Source: Bacteroidota bacterium (lineage in GTDB: Bacteria > Bacteroidota > Bacteroidia > Chitinophagales > Chitinophagaceae). Taken from it: DNA of 64,000 nucleotides. The position numbers were made by a program, and so were the translations under genes. The notes beneath the pieces are model-generated. The model had not been told where the DNA came from, did not search any database, and saw only the letters and a list, made by a program, of their open reading frames with translations. The first letter of the stretch is position 1. The number at the start of each line of letters is the position of its first letter. Positions 50,488 to 58,730 of this stretch are shown here, one piece after another. The stretch covers positions 6,622 through 70,621 of the forward strand of contig CANFOM010000012.1 in NCBI GenBank assembly GCA_947448725.1, written 5' to 3'.

Positions 50488-51291
50488 CTAATAAATTGGT
50501 ATTTGTATCAATTTTGTTTGAGTGGTATGAGCCGAGAATAGGCCAAGAGCACCCCCGCTGATATTATTAGGCGGATTGGTTGGTGCAGTTCCTCCGCCCG
50601 GCCCTGCTCCACCTTGTTGACTCAGTGTATAATAATATACACTAGCCGATGCACTTATACATTGCATTTCTACCGAAACAATATCAAAATTTTTAATGGT
50701 AATATCTTTATTGCCATTATTTAAAGGGCGCTGATTAATCTTGCCATTATTTAAATTATCGTTGAATATGTTATAATTCTTATCTAAAGTATCATTGATC
50801 TTTTGAATAAATCTATAACTATTACCAAGTTCAAGTGGGTCTAAAAAAACCGGAATAATACTATATTGGTTTTTACCATTTACAGGAAAAATATTTATTC
50901 TTAGACTGTCTAAAGTTACTCTATAAGGCATTGTGCTTTGCGCAGTATATTTTTTCCCATCTACATTAACTTCTAAAGAATAAGTTCTTCCATATATCCC
51001 ACGAAGGAATCTTGTTCTGTAAATTCCACCACTTGAATATATTAGGGTGTCCTTAGGGCCGGTATTGTCGGAAATAACAATAGTCCCATTTTCAATAACC
51101 GGGTATATATTAGCTTCATCAAGCTTAATTGATCTGGAAAGTTTTACAAAATAAGGGCCTGTTTGATCCGTAATGTTTCCTTCAATAACAACCTTTGAAT
51201 CATTATCTTCTATGGGGAGCGTAATTATTTTATCACAACTTGCCAATAATAAAATTGAAGAAAATAAGTATAAATATATTTTGATGTGCAT
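50488..51291 (-). CDS. DUF4249 family lipoprotein (partner of the upstream TonB-dependent receptor)
   Basis: 267-aa ORF. Lipoprotein signal (LLASCDK). Lies 4 nt downstream of the receptor gene. This is the usual Bacteroidota TBDR+DUF4249 pairing. Confidence 0.7.
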   Translation of the reverse strand: MHIKIYLYLFSSILLLASCDKIITLPIEDNDSKVVIEGNITDQTGPYFVKLSRSIKLDEANIYPVIENGTIVISDNTGPKDTLIYSSGGIYRTRFLRGIYGRTYSLEVNVDGKKYTAQSTMPYRVTLDSLRINIFPVNGKNQYSIIPVFLDPLELGNSYRFIQKINDTLDKNYNIFNDNLNNGKINQRPLNNGNKDITIKNFDIVSVEMQCISASASVYYYTLSQQGGAGPGGGTAPTNPPNNISGGALGLFSAHTTQTKLIQIPIY

Positions 51292-51295
51292 CTAT

Positions 51296-53620
51296 TTAAA
51301 ATTTAAAATTATAGGTAATGCTTGGCACCCATCTAAATAAAGCTGTTTGGATAATCTGAGTTTTTGAATTATCTAAAGGATCATCTTGGAAGGATATTCT
51401 ATAAGCATTTTCTCTTCCATAAACATTATACAAGCTAAAGTTCCAAGAACTTTCTTGTTTTTTTCTATTTGTATTTTCATAGGTCACACTTAAATCAAGT
51501 CTATGGTAGGTTGGCATCCTGTTAGCGTTTCGGTTGGCATATTGGTAAATAGTTTGCCCTCCCAATGAATATTTACCAGTTGGGAAAGTAACGGCATTAC
51601 CAGTATTGTATACAAATACACCGGAAACAGACCATTTCGAATTAAGTTCTACAATTGTAACAATTGATATATCATGCGTTCGATCTTGCTTTGCATTATA
51701 CCAGTTACCCCCATTAATCCCCTCAATCTTTCTTTCTGTTTTAGATAAAGTATAGCTAATCCATCCAGAAAGTATCCCAATTTTCTTTTTTGCTAATAAT
51801 TCAAAACCATACGCACGTCCAATTCCATATAATAATGCACTTTCCACATCTGCAATAGTGTTAATATTGGTTCCATCTTTATAATCTAATTGGTTTTGCA
51901 TTGCCTTATAATATAGCTCTGCACCAAGCTCATAGGTGTTATTTTTAAAATTCCTAGTATAGCCTATACTAGTTTGATCCGCTAATTCAGGTTTAATATT
52001 ATAGGAGTCTCCTATCCATTGGTCCGATGGATTCGAAGCTGTGGCATTGCTTAGTAAATGTAAATGCTGAACATTACGAGCATAGGCTACTTTTAAACTA
52101 CTAAAATTATTGATCCTGTAATTACTGGTAATTCTTGGCTCGAGATTAAGATATGTTTTGCCGAATGCGCTTTTATCTAGTAAAATAGAAGATGTTTTTT
52201 CATTGCCATTATACAAATTATACACATCGCCACCCATAATTGAATAAGCAGATACTCTGAAGCCATAATCAAATGTCAGTTGCTGATTGACTCTAAAATT
52301 ATTATTAAGATAGATGGCATTCTCCAACCCATTTCTCCCTATTTTATTTATATTATTAATGACAGTACCGCTAAATATGCTTGGTGTGATAGTATGTAAA
52401 ATAGAATTAAAACCAAAACGAATTGTATTTTTTGGATTTAAGTAATAGGTATAGTCTTGCTTAATATTAGCGTCTATTATGTTTGAATTAACATTGAAGT
52501 TAGTCTCACCATTTTTTAAACCTACATTATAACTGTAGTCACTATAAATAAAGGAGGTATTTAAGAATAACTTACTATTAATAACTCTATTCCATCTTAT
52601 TGTTCCAGTTTTGTTGCCCCAATTAATTCTAAAACTACTACCTAATCCTAATTCATCTTTACCAAAATAACCGGAGAAATAAACTCTGTTTTTATCGTTT
52701 AGTATATAATTTGCTTTGGCATTAAAATCATAAAAGTATAATATATTATCTTTGAACTTGTCAGTTGCCTTTAAAAAAACATCAGCATAGGTTCTTCTTC
52801 CCGATAAAATAAAAGAAGATTTATCTTCTTGAATAGGACCTTCTATACTTAATCTGCTACTAATTAAACCAAGACCACCGTTAACGGTATAATTTTTATT
52901 ATTCCCTTCTTTCATCTTTACATCTAATACCGAAGATAACCTGCCACCATATTGAGCGGGTCCATTACCTTTAATTAAGGTGGCATCTTTTATCGCGTCA
53001 CTATTGAACGTACTAAAAAAGCCCAATAAATGAGAGGCATTATACACCGGTGCTTCATCAAGTAATATTAAATTTTGATCGGCTGACCCGCCCCTAACAA
53101 AAAAACCACTATTGCCTTCGCCAGCAGATTTCACACCAGGAAGTAACTGGATAGTTTTTAAAACATCTTTTTCGCCAAATATAACGGGCACTTTACTAAT
53201 GGACTTCATATTGAGTGTTTCCGTTCCCATCTGTGCCTTAACTAAATTATCATCTTTTCGTTTGGACTCTACAACAACTTCTGCTAATTGATTCTTGCTT
53301 TCTAAAAAAATAGGAATAGACAATGGATCATTTAATGAAATAGGAATTCTTTTTTCTTCATACCCAACAAAACTAATTCTTAAATCATATTTACCCTTGG
53401 GCAATGAAATTGCAAAAAATCCATATTCATTTGAGGTTATAACAACATTGGCTAGCTGATCAATTTTTATTACAGCTCCATTGATAGACTCCCCGCTGAG
53501 TTTGTCTTTTACAGTTCCGTTTACAGTAGTTTTTTCTTGCGCCTGAATTTGAAATGTAGATCCTATGATACATAAAATGAGGAGTACAATATATTTTCTA
53601 TTAATTAATAGCATTTGCAA
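51296..53620 (-). CDS. TonB-dependent receptor with an N-terminal carboxypeptidase-regulatory-like domain (non-SusC type)
   Basis: 774-aa ORF. Signal peptide, VNGTVKDKLSGESINGAVI, plug, barrel, and C-terminal ..ITYNFKF. Confidence 0.9.
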   Translation of the reverse strand: MQMLLINRKYIVLLILCIIGSTFQIQAQEKTTVNGTVKDKLSGESINGAVIKIDQLANVVITSNEYGFFAISLPKGKYDLRISFVGYEEKRIPISLNDPLSIPIFLESKNQLAEVVVESKRKDDNLVKAQMGTETLNMKSISKVPVIFGEKDVLKTIQLLPGVKSAGEGNSGFFVRGGSADQNLILLDEAPVYNASHLLGFFSTFNSDAIKDATLIKGNGPAQYGGRLSSVLDVKMKEGNNKNYTVNGGLGLISSRLSIEGPIQEDKSSFILSGRRTYADVFLKATDKFKDNILYFYDFNAKANYILNDKNRVYFSGYFGKDELGLGSSFRINWGNKTGTIRWNRVINSKLFLNTSFIYSDYSYNVGLKNGETNFNVNSNIIDANIKQDYTYYLNPKNTIRFGFNSILHTITPSIFSGTVINNINKIGRNGLENAIYLNNNFRVNQQLTFDYGFRVSAYSIMGGDVYNLYNGNEKTSSILLDKSAFGKTYLNLEPRITSNYRINNFSSLKVAYARNVQHLHLLSNATASNPSDQWIGDSYNIKPELADQTSIGYTRNFKNNTYELGAELYYKAMQNQLDYKDGTNINTIADVESALLYGIGRAYGFELLAKKKIGILSGWISYTLSKTERKIEGINGGNWYNAKQDRTHDISIVTIVELNSKWSVSGVFVYNTGNAVTFPTGKYSLGGQTIYQYANRNANRMPTYHRLDLSVTYENTNRKKQESSWNFSLYNVYGRENAYRISFQDDPLDNSKTQIIQTALFRWVPSITYNFKF

Positions 53621-53644
53621 AAATATAACTTTATTAACTTCCTA

Positions 53645-54355
53645 TTATTTAAAATATTCCATAATCTCATCGGCTATTAAATGATGGCCATTTTCATTGG
53701 GATGATTTACCTGAGACATAAAGTTGACTAAATCAAACCCTGCCTTTGTATTATTTTTAAAGAGTGAGTAAGTATCAACTAGCCCCACTTTGTACAATTT
53801 TGATAATTGTATGATTTGAGCTGCATGTTGGTCAAGAATGGTGTGGTCATCCTTGATATCAACTGTTTGGTCTGGACTGGGGGTTAATAGGATTACTTTT
53901 ATATTTTTATCCAAAGCAGCATGAATCATTTTTTCCCATGCATTTTTTGCGCGCGCTAAGCCAATCCCTCTGTCATTTAAGGCATAATCAATAAATACAA
54001 CATCAGGATGATGAATGAGTACCTCAGACTCAAATCTTTTTTCACCGCTTTCTGAATTTTCACCTCCAATGGAGGTATTGATAATATTCACTACCGTAAA
54101 TGGATATTGTGATTTTATTTGTTGTAAAACAAAATATGGATAGGAAGCGAGTGTATTAACTATTGGTGTTTTAAAATAACCCGCAGGAACTGAATGGCCA
54201 TGAAATACCAAATTGATGGTTCTATTTTTTGGCCATTCTTGCTTCATTTCGGCTTTAATTTTTTCTAAATAAAATACTTTGGGAGTAAGATCTTGACTTT
54301 TAAGCAATGTGCTTGAAAGTAAAATAAATACGACTAGTAAATTTTTTAGGTTCAT
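53645..54355 (-). CDS. SGNH-fold hydrolase (variant motifs)
   Basis: 236-aa ORF with a signal peptide. Block I reads HGHSV (GHS instead of GDS), block III is ALND, and block V is NHPNENGH without the usual DxxH Asp. Confidence 0.65.
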   Translation of the reverse strand: MNLKNLLVVFILLSSTLLKSQDLTPKVFYLEKIKAEMKQEWPKNRTINLVFHGHSVPAGYFKTPIVNTLASYPYFVLQQIKSQYPFTVVNIINTSIGGENSESGEKRFESEVLIHHPDVVFIDYALNDRGIGLARAKNAWEKMIHAALDKNIKVILLTPSPDQTVDIKDDHTILDQHAAQIIQLSKLYKVGLVDTYSLFKNNTKAGFDLVNFMSQVNHPNENGHHLIADEIMEYFK

Positions 54356-54492
54356 TCTTATAGGTTTAAAATGTGGTGTATTTTAAAATTAAGCTTTCTA
54401 TTGCATATAATTCTTTTAATCTGAATCATCTTCCAAAATTCACTTTAAAAATTTTAGATCACTAAACTACCAGTTACAACACAAACCAAAGA

Positions 54493-55404
54493 TCAATCTG
54501 GTTTTAATTTAATCTTGGTAAATATTTGTAAATGTGGTAGTGCTAGTACAGATAAGCTTATAAATAAAAGTGTAAAAATTCCAGAAGCATCATTACTATT
54601 GAGTGTTAGAAAAGTAATATATATAAATCCAAACCAAGCCATAATTGAAAATGGAGCAGCTTTTATAAGTAAACGCTTCCATCCATTGAAATCATTGGGC
54701 ATACTAAAAGTGATCCTTATTTTATCAAATGATAATAAAGAATGCCAAAAGCCAAAATAAAATGCAAAACAAAGCCAAAGAGGCATAAAAAATGCAAAAA
54801 TGATTAGCGTAAGCTGTTGTATAATGGAATAGTAATAATATTTGTTTTTTGAAAATAACTGTTCTTTAAAAAAGAATAAAATAAAATAAATAACAAATAG
54901 ACCAACTAATGTTAAGGGATAAATTTTTTGAGCAAGTGCAATCCATTGATTTTCATTAAAGGCAGAACGCTCCATTCTAATAAAAATTTGTAAGGCGAAA
55001 TTGATGTTCTTAGAAAGCAATAATAAAATCCATAATAGCCCAATTGTAGAATAAGCAATTTTATGAATAACTTTTTCTGTTTTGCCTAACCAATCAATTT
55101 CTCCAAAATGATAAGCAGTAATAAGTATAAAGATGATTAAAGCGGCAATGGGGAAAAAATACCAAACTAAAGCATACGCAATTATATTACCAATATATTT
55201 TAGAAGAAATATTTTTTGATTGCTTTCTGATTTATGTAAATATTGATCAATGTATAAATCTAAAGCCCCATGAGGAACTCCAAAAAGAATTAATACGACA
55301 ATTAAGAATGAAATTTGAGTGCTGTTATTTAAGGAAAAAACACTATCAATCAGAAATAAAATAAATGCAAATAATATTAAGTAGAGGCGAAGTTTGATTT
55401 GCAT
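54493..55404 (-). CDS. blh: Brp/Blh family beta-carotene 15,15'-dioxygenase (retinal synthesis)
   Basis: 303-aa polytopic membrane ORF. Conserved His set in GVPHGALD, AYHFGE, FWHS and ALPH. Lies directly downstream of the rhodopsin gene. Confidence 0.85.
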   Translation of the reverse strand: MQIKLRLYLILFAFILFLIDSVFSLNNSTQISFLIVVLILFGVPHGALDLYIDQYLHKSESNQKIFLLKYIGNIIAYALVWYFFPIAALIIFILITAYHFGEIDWLGKTEKVIHKIAYSTIGLLWILLLLSKNINFALQIFIRMERSAFNENQWIALAQKIYPLTLVGLFVIYFILFFFKEQLFSKNKYYYYSIIQQLTLIIFAFFMPLWLCFAFYFGFWHSLLSFDKIRITFSMPNDFNGWKRLLIKAAPFSIMAWFGFIYITFLTLNSNDASGIFTLLFISLSVLALPHLQIFTKIKLKPD

Positions 55405-55417
55405 GTATGTAAATTAC

Positions 55418-55448
55418 AAAAAAAAGGGGCAAGTAACCAACTTGCCCC
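55418..55448 (-). terminator. Rho-independent terminator between the rhodopsin and blh genes
   Basis: On the (-) strand: stem GGGGCAAGT, 5-nt loop, stem ACTTGCCCC, then U8. It begins 20 nt after the rhodopsin stop and ends 13 nt before the blh ATG. Confidence 0.8.
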
Positions 55449-55467
55449 ATTAAGTAATTATAATAAA

Positions 55468-56193
55468 TTAAGCAGCTTTTCTACTTAAGCTATAAATAAC
55501 CAAACCAAAACCGATTTTATTGACAGCATCTCCAATATTGTAAATAACGTTCATGTCAATTCCAATATTTTTGAAGCTAGCATACCATTGACCATCGGCT
55601 GTGCCAATTAAATATCCTAAAGGATAAATAGCCCAACCCACTAAAACGAACCATCCTAGTGCCGCATTAGCAGATGCTACTGCTGTGCCTGCTCCAGTGG
55701 CTAATTTCTTAACATCTCCCATCCAAACTTCATATACGATATAGAAGTAAGCGATAGCACTTAAAGTTCCCCATAATGTTGCTTGAGCTGGGGCGACAGC
55801 CTCTCCCCAATATCCTGTTACTAACATTACTACAGAAGCTAAAATCATTTTCCATAATAAACCTGTAGTACCGCCTGCTTTTTTTGTGATCAAATAAAAT
55901 TCAACACACATTAAAGGAACAGTCAATAACCAGTCTACATAACGGAAAAATGTAGGACTATCATGCGTCTCTAAATAGTAACCACGCATGTAGTAATAGT
56001 GAACAGCAGCAATAAAAGTGATTAACCCTGATACCAATACCGAGGTTCTCCATTCTTTACTAGTGTTGTTCAATTCTAAAAAGAAAAATACTGCCGCGGC
56101 CATCATGGCCATTGTGCCAACGAAGAAAGTGAAAGACACATAATCGGTCTTCGCAATCGCCATTGAAGCATCAAGAAGGAACAAATGATCCAT
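55468..56193 (-). CDS. Proteorhodopsin (light-driven H+ pump, DTE motif, green-type)
   Basis: 241-aa, 7-TM ORF. RYVDWLLTVPLMCVEFY gives D87/T91/E98, equivalent to D97/T101/E108 of the SAR86 GPR. M95 sits at the L/Q105 spectral-tuning site. His65 is in VHYYYMRG. The Schiff-base Lys226 is in IGDAVNKIGFG, with D222 as counter-ion. Confidence 0.95.
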   Translation of the reverse strand: MDHLFLLDASMAIAKTDYVSFTFFVGTMAMMAAAVFFFLELNNTSKEWRTSVLVSGLITFIAAVHYYYMRGYYLETHDSPTFFRYVDWLLTVPLMCVEFYLITKKAGGTTGLLWKMILASVVMLVTGYWGEAVAPAQATLWGTLSAIAYFYIVYEVWMGDVKKLATGAGTAVASANAALGWFVLVGWAIYPLGYLIGTADGQWYASFKNIGIDMNVIYNIGDAVNKIGFGLVIYSLSRKAA

Positions 56194-56730
56194 ATTGTTG
56201 AGTTTTGGTGAACGTAATTATTCACAACACTCCACAGTTCATTACGGCTGTCATTTATATATATTTCAATACATAAAAATGCAAAGCGATAGCAAAACAA
56301 TCGTTGTTTTTAAATCAAACAAAAGTTAAAAATAAAAATTAGAAAAAATGTTAAAAAATAGTAAAAATCTGAAATTTATTTTTATTTGTTTAAGCTAATG
56401 TCTAGAGATTATTTTCAATTCTTAAACAAAATTGTTGTCGCAAATTGCATACTAAAAAATTGATTGTATTATTAATGGCAATATTACACATGTAAGACCA
56501 ATTTGTAAAGATTTCAATAAACTCATAAAGTCCCACAAAGCAAAAATATGGTAATTTGCAAAACGTTTTATACCTCAAAGTTATTTATTTGGTTGTAAAC
56601 AGAATGTGATGATAAAGCGGCTCAAGTTGGTTGAATACTTAATTATAAACGTTCAATAGGTGTTTGTATCTTAATGGATTTTAATAAAACAATTTGCTAT
56701 AAATTTGTTTCCGTGGCAAAAAGGAAAATA

Positions 56731-56738
56731 TAATTTTG
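56731..56738 (+). promoter_or_regulatory. Candidate Bacteroidota -7 promoter box (TAATTTTG = TAnnTTTG) for the AlkB-like operon
   Basis: Perfect match to the TAnnTTTG consensus, 24 nt upstream of the ATG at 56763. The call rests on sequence match and position only. Confidence 0.3.
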
Positions 56739-56762
56739 AATACCATCAAATGATACAATAGA

Positions 56763-57353
56763 ATGACAATAAGTTTTCCAAATATCATAAATCAGGATGG
56801 GCAAGCACATTATTTTGGGATAATTATAAATGCTGAAGAAAATCGAAAATATTTTGATGAACTTCTCCACAAGATTGAATGGGTGAATGAAAATTTAATC
56901 ATGTTTGGTAAAGAAATAACAACCAAAAGAAAAGTAGCATTTTACGCAGATAGCAGGATTGATTATACCTATTCCAATAAAACAAAGAAAGGATTGGAAT
57001 GGACCCCCACGCTGATGGAAATAAAGCAAAAAGTTAGCGCTTATACTGGTTGCAATTACAATGCGTGCCTAATGAATCTGTATCATGATGGAAATGAAGG
57101 AATGGGTTGGCATTGTGATGACGAAAAGGAAATTATTCCCAATAGTTCTATTGCTTCTTTAAGTTTTGGGGCAGAAAGAAAATTTGCTTTAAAACACAAA
57201 GTAAGTAAGGAATCCCATTCTATTATACTTCAGAATGGGTCTTTATTAGAAATGTTGGGGAGTTTTCAAAAAAATTGGGTACACTCCTTACCTAAATCAA
57301 AAAAAATTACCAACTCAAGAATTAATCTAACTTTTAGACAAATGATTTCATGA
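56763..57353 (+). CDS. AlkB-like Fe(II)/2-oxoglutarate dioxygenase
   Basis: 196-aa ORF. HxD in GWHCDDE, a distal His in NWVHSLP, and the 2OG-binding RINLTFRQ (compare E. coli AlkB RYNLTFRQ). Confidence 0.85.
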   Translation: MTISFPNIINQDGQAHYFGIIINAEENRKYFDELLHKIEWVNENLIMFGKEITTKRKVAFYADSRIDYTYSNKTKKGLEWTPTLMEIKQKVSAYTGCNYNACLMNLYHDGNEGMGWHCDDEKEIIPNSSIASLSFGAERKFALKHKVSKESHSIILQNGSLLEMLGSFQKNWVHSLPKSKKITNSRINLTFRQMIS

Positions 57354-57505
57354 AAAATAGTCGACAACAAACTATAAAAAAGTCAAATCTCCCTTCCAAA
57401 AAATGCCTCCATTGCCAAAGACCATTTAATTGGAGAAAAAAATGGGAAAAGACTTGGGACGAAGTGAAGTATTGTAGCGAAGCTTGTAAAAAGAAAATAT
57501 ACTAG
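57350..57505 (+). CDS. DUF2256-type zinc-ribbon protein (51 aa); absent from the supplied ORF track
   Basis: ATG at 57350 overlaps the AlkB-like stop (ATGA). Translation: MKNSRQQTIKKSNLPSKKCLHCQRPFNWRKKWEKTWDEVKYCSEACKKKIY. The CxxC..CxxxC and F.WRKKW..W(D/E)EVKYCSE.C pattern matches my memory of DUF2256. Confidence 0.8.
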   Translation: MKNSRQQTIKKSNLPSKKCLHCQRPFNWRKKWEKTWDEVKYCSEACKKKIY

Positions 57506-57517
57506 CAATAATTTACC

Positions 57518-57787
57518 TTACCGCTTACTAATCTTATTCATGGTTATGGCTTTTTGTCTAGCACATTTAAAACGTTTTATAGCTGCGTTTCGTTTTATCA
57601 AATGCTTTTGACTCACCCCACTATTTAATCTCTTACGCCAAAGATTAAAACTATTACGTTTTAATTGGGTGCGCATCAATTTAATGGTAGCCGATTCTGA
57701 TAAACCAAACTGGATGGTGATTGCCTCAAAAGGAGTGCGGTCTTCCCATGCCATTTCAATAATTCTGTCAATGTCTATTATTTCCAT
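57518..57787 (-). CDS. TIGR03643 / DUF2805 family protein
   Basis: 89-aa ORF. DRIIEMAWEDRTPFEAITIQFGLSE..IKLMR..LK..SF.LWRKR is the family signature as I recall it. Confidence 0.85.
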   Translation of the reverse strand: MEIIDIDRIIEMAWEDRTPFEAITIQFGLSESATIKLMRTQLKRNSFNLWRKRLNSGVSQKHLIKRNAAIKRFKCARQKAITMNKISKR

Positions 57788-57821
57788 AGAATTTAAATTT
57801 TTACTACGCCCAACATTTTTT

Positions 57822-58523
57822 TTAAGAAGTCTTGATAGTACTCATGCCGCCATCTAAGTGTAAAATTTGTCCTGTCATCCAAGAGGATTTAGCAGACAAT
57901 AAAAATTCAATCATAGATGCAATATCTTGAACAGTACCTACTCTTTTTAGGGGATGTCTAAGGGCATTGGCTTCCATTTTTTGGTCGGTATTTAATAAAC
58001 TGGCTGCCAAGGGCGTATTGGTTAATCCTGGGGCTATGCAATTCACACGTATGGTAGGTGCAAATTCTGCAGCCAATGATTTAGTCAATCCTTCAATAGC
58101 TCCTTTTGAAACTGCTACTTGTGTATGAAAATTTAAGCCTGTTTGAACTGCCACTGTAGAAAATAAGACAATGGCGGGATTAGTCCCCTTTTTCAATTGA
58201 ACCAAAATAGATTGTATGCATTTAATCGCGCCCAATACTTGTAAATTAAAATCTGCACTAAAATCGGATGGGGAAATTCTGCCAAAAGGACGAAGCTGAA
58301 TCGCTCCAGGACAATACACTATGCCATCTATAGTTTCTGGTAAAAAAGAGAAGTCTAAGGATTCCTCTAATACATTTAATGGATGATAACTAATAAGATT
58401 GTTATCAGACACTGTTGGGTGGGTATGATAAGTGGCATATACCCTATTCCCTAATTGAGCCAAATGATTGACCGCTTCTAGGCCCATTCCAGAAGATCCG
58501 CCAATGATAATATAATTAGACAT
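57822..58523 (-). CDS. Divergent short-chain dehydrogenase/reductase lacking the canonical catalytic Tyr
   Basis: 233-aa ORF. Cofactor loop IIGGSSGMG. The region aligned to YxxxK reads VAVSK, and CPGAI replaces NNAG. The C-terminal IRVNCIAPGLTNTP is SDR-typical. Confidence 0.75.
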   Translation of the reverse strand: MSNYIIIGGSSGMGLEAVNHLAQLGNRVYATYHTHPTVSDNNLISYHPLNVLEESLDFSFLPETIDGIVYCPGAIQLRPFGRISPSDFSADFNLQVLGAIKCIQSILVQLKKGTNPAIVLFSTVAVQTGLNFHTQVAVSKGAIEGLTKSLAAEFAPTIRVNCIAPGLTNTPLAASLLNTDQKMEANALRHPLKRVGTVQDIASMIEFLLSAKSSWMTGQILHLDGGMSTIKTS

Positions 58524-58730
58524 ACTTTTTGTTTTATATGAACATTATAACATAAAAAACATAAAAAGGTTGTCTTAAAGAAAAGTAGTTTATAAAGGTT
58601 ATGGTTTGTGAAATAGGATGATGAAAGGGAATCATTTTAAAAAAAGAAAACAAAGAATTAAAAAGCTTAAACAAAAACTAATATATCCTGAAAATGCGAA
58701 TACCTTTAGTGTCTAAAAATATATATTGAA

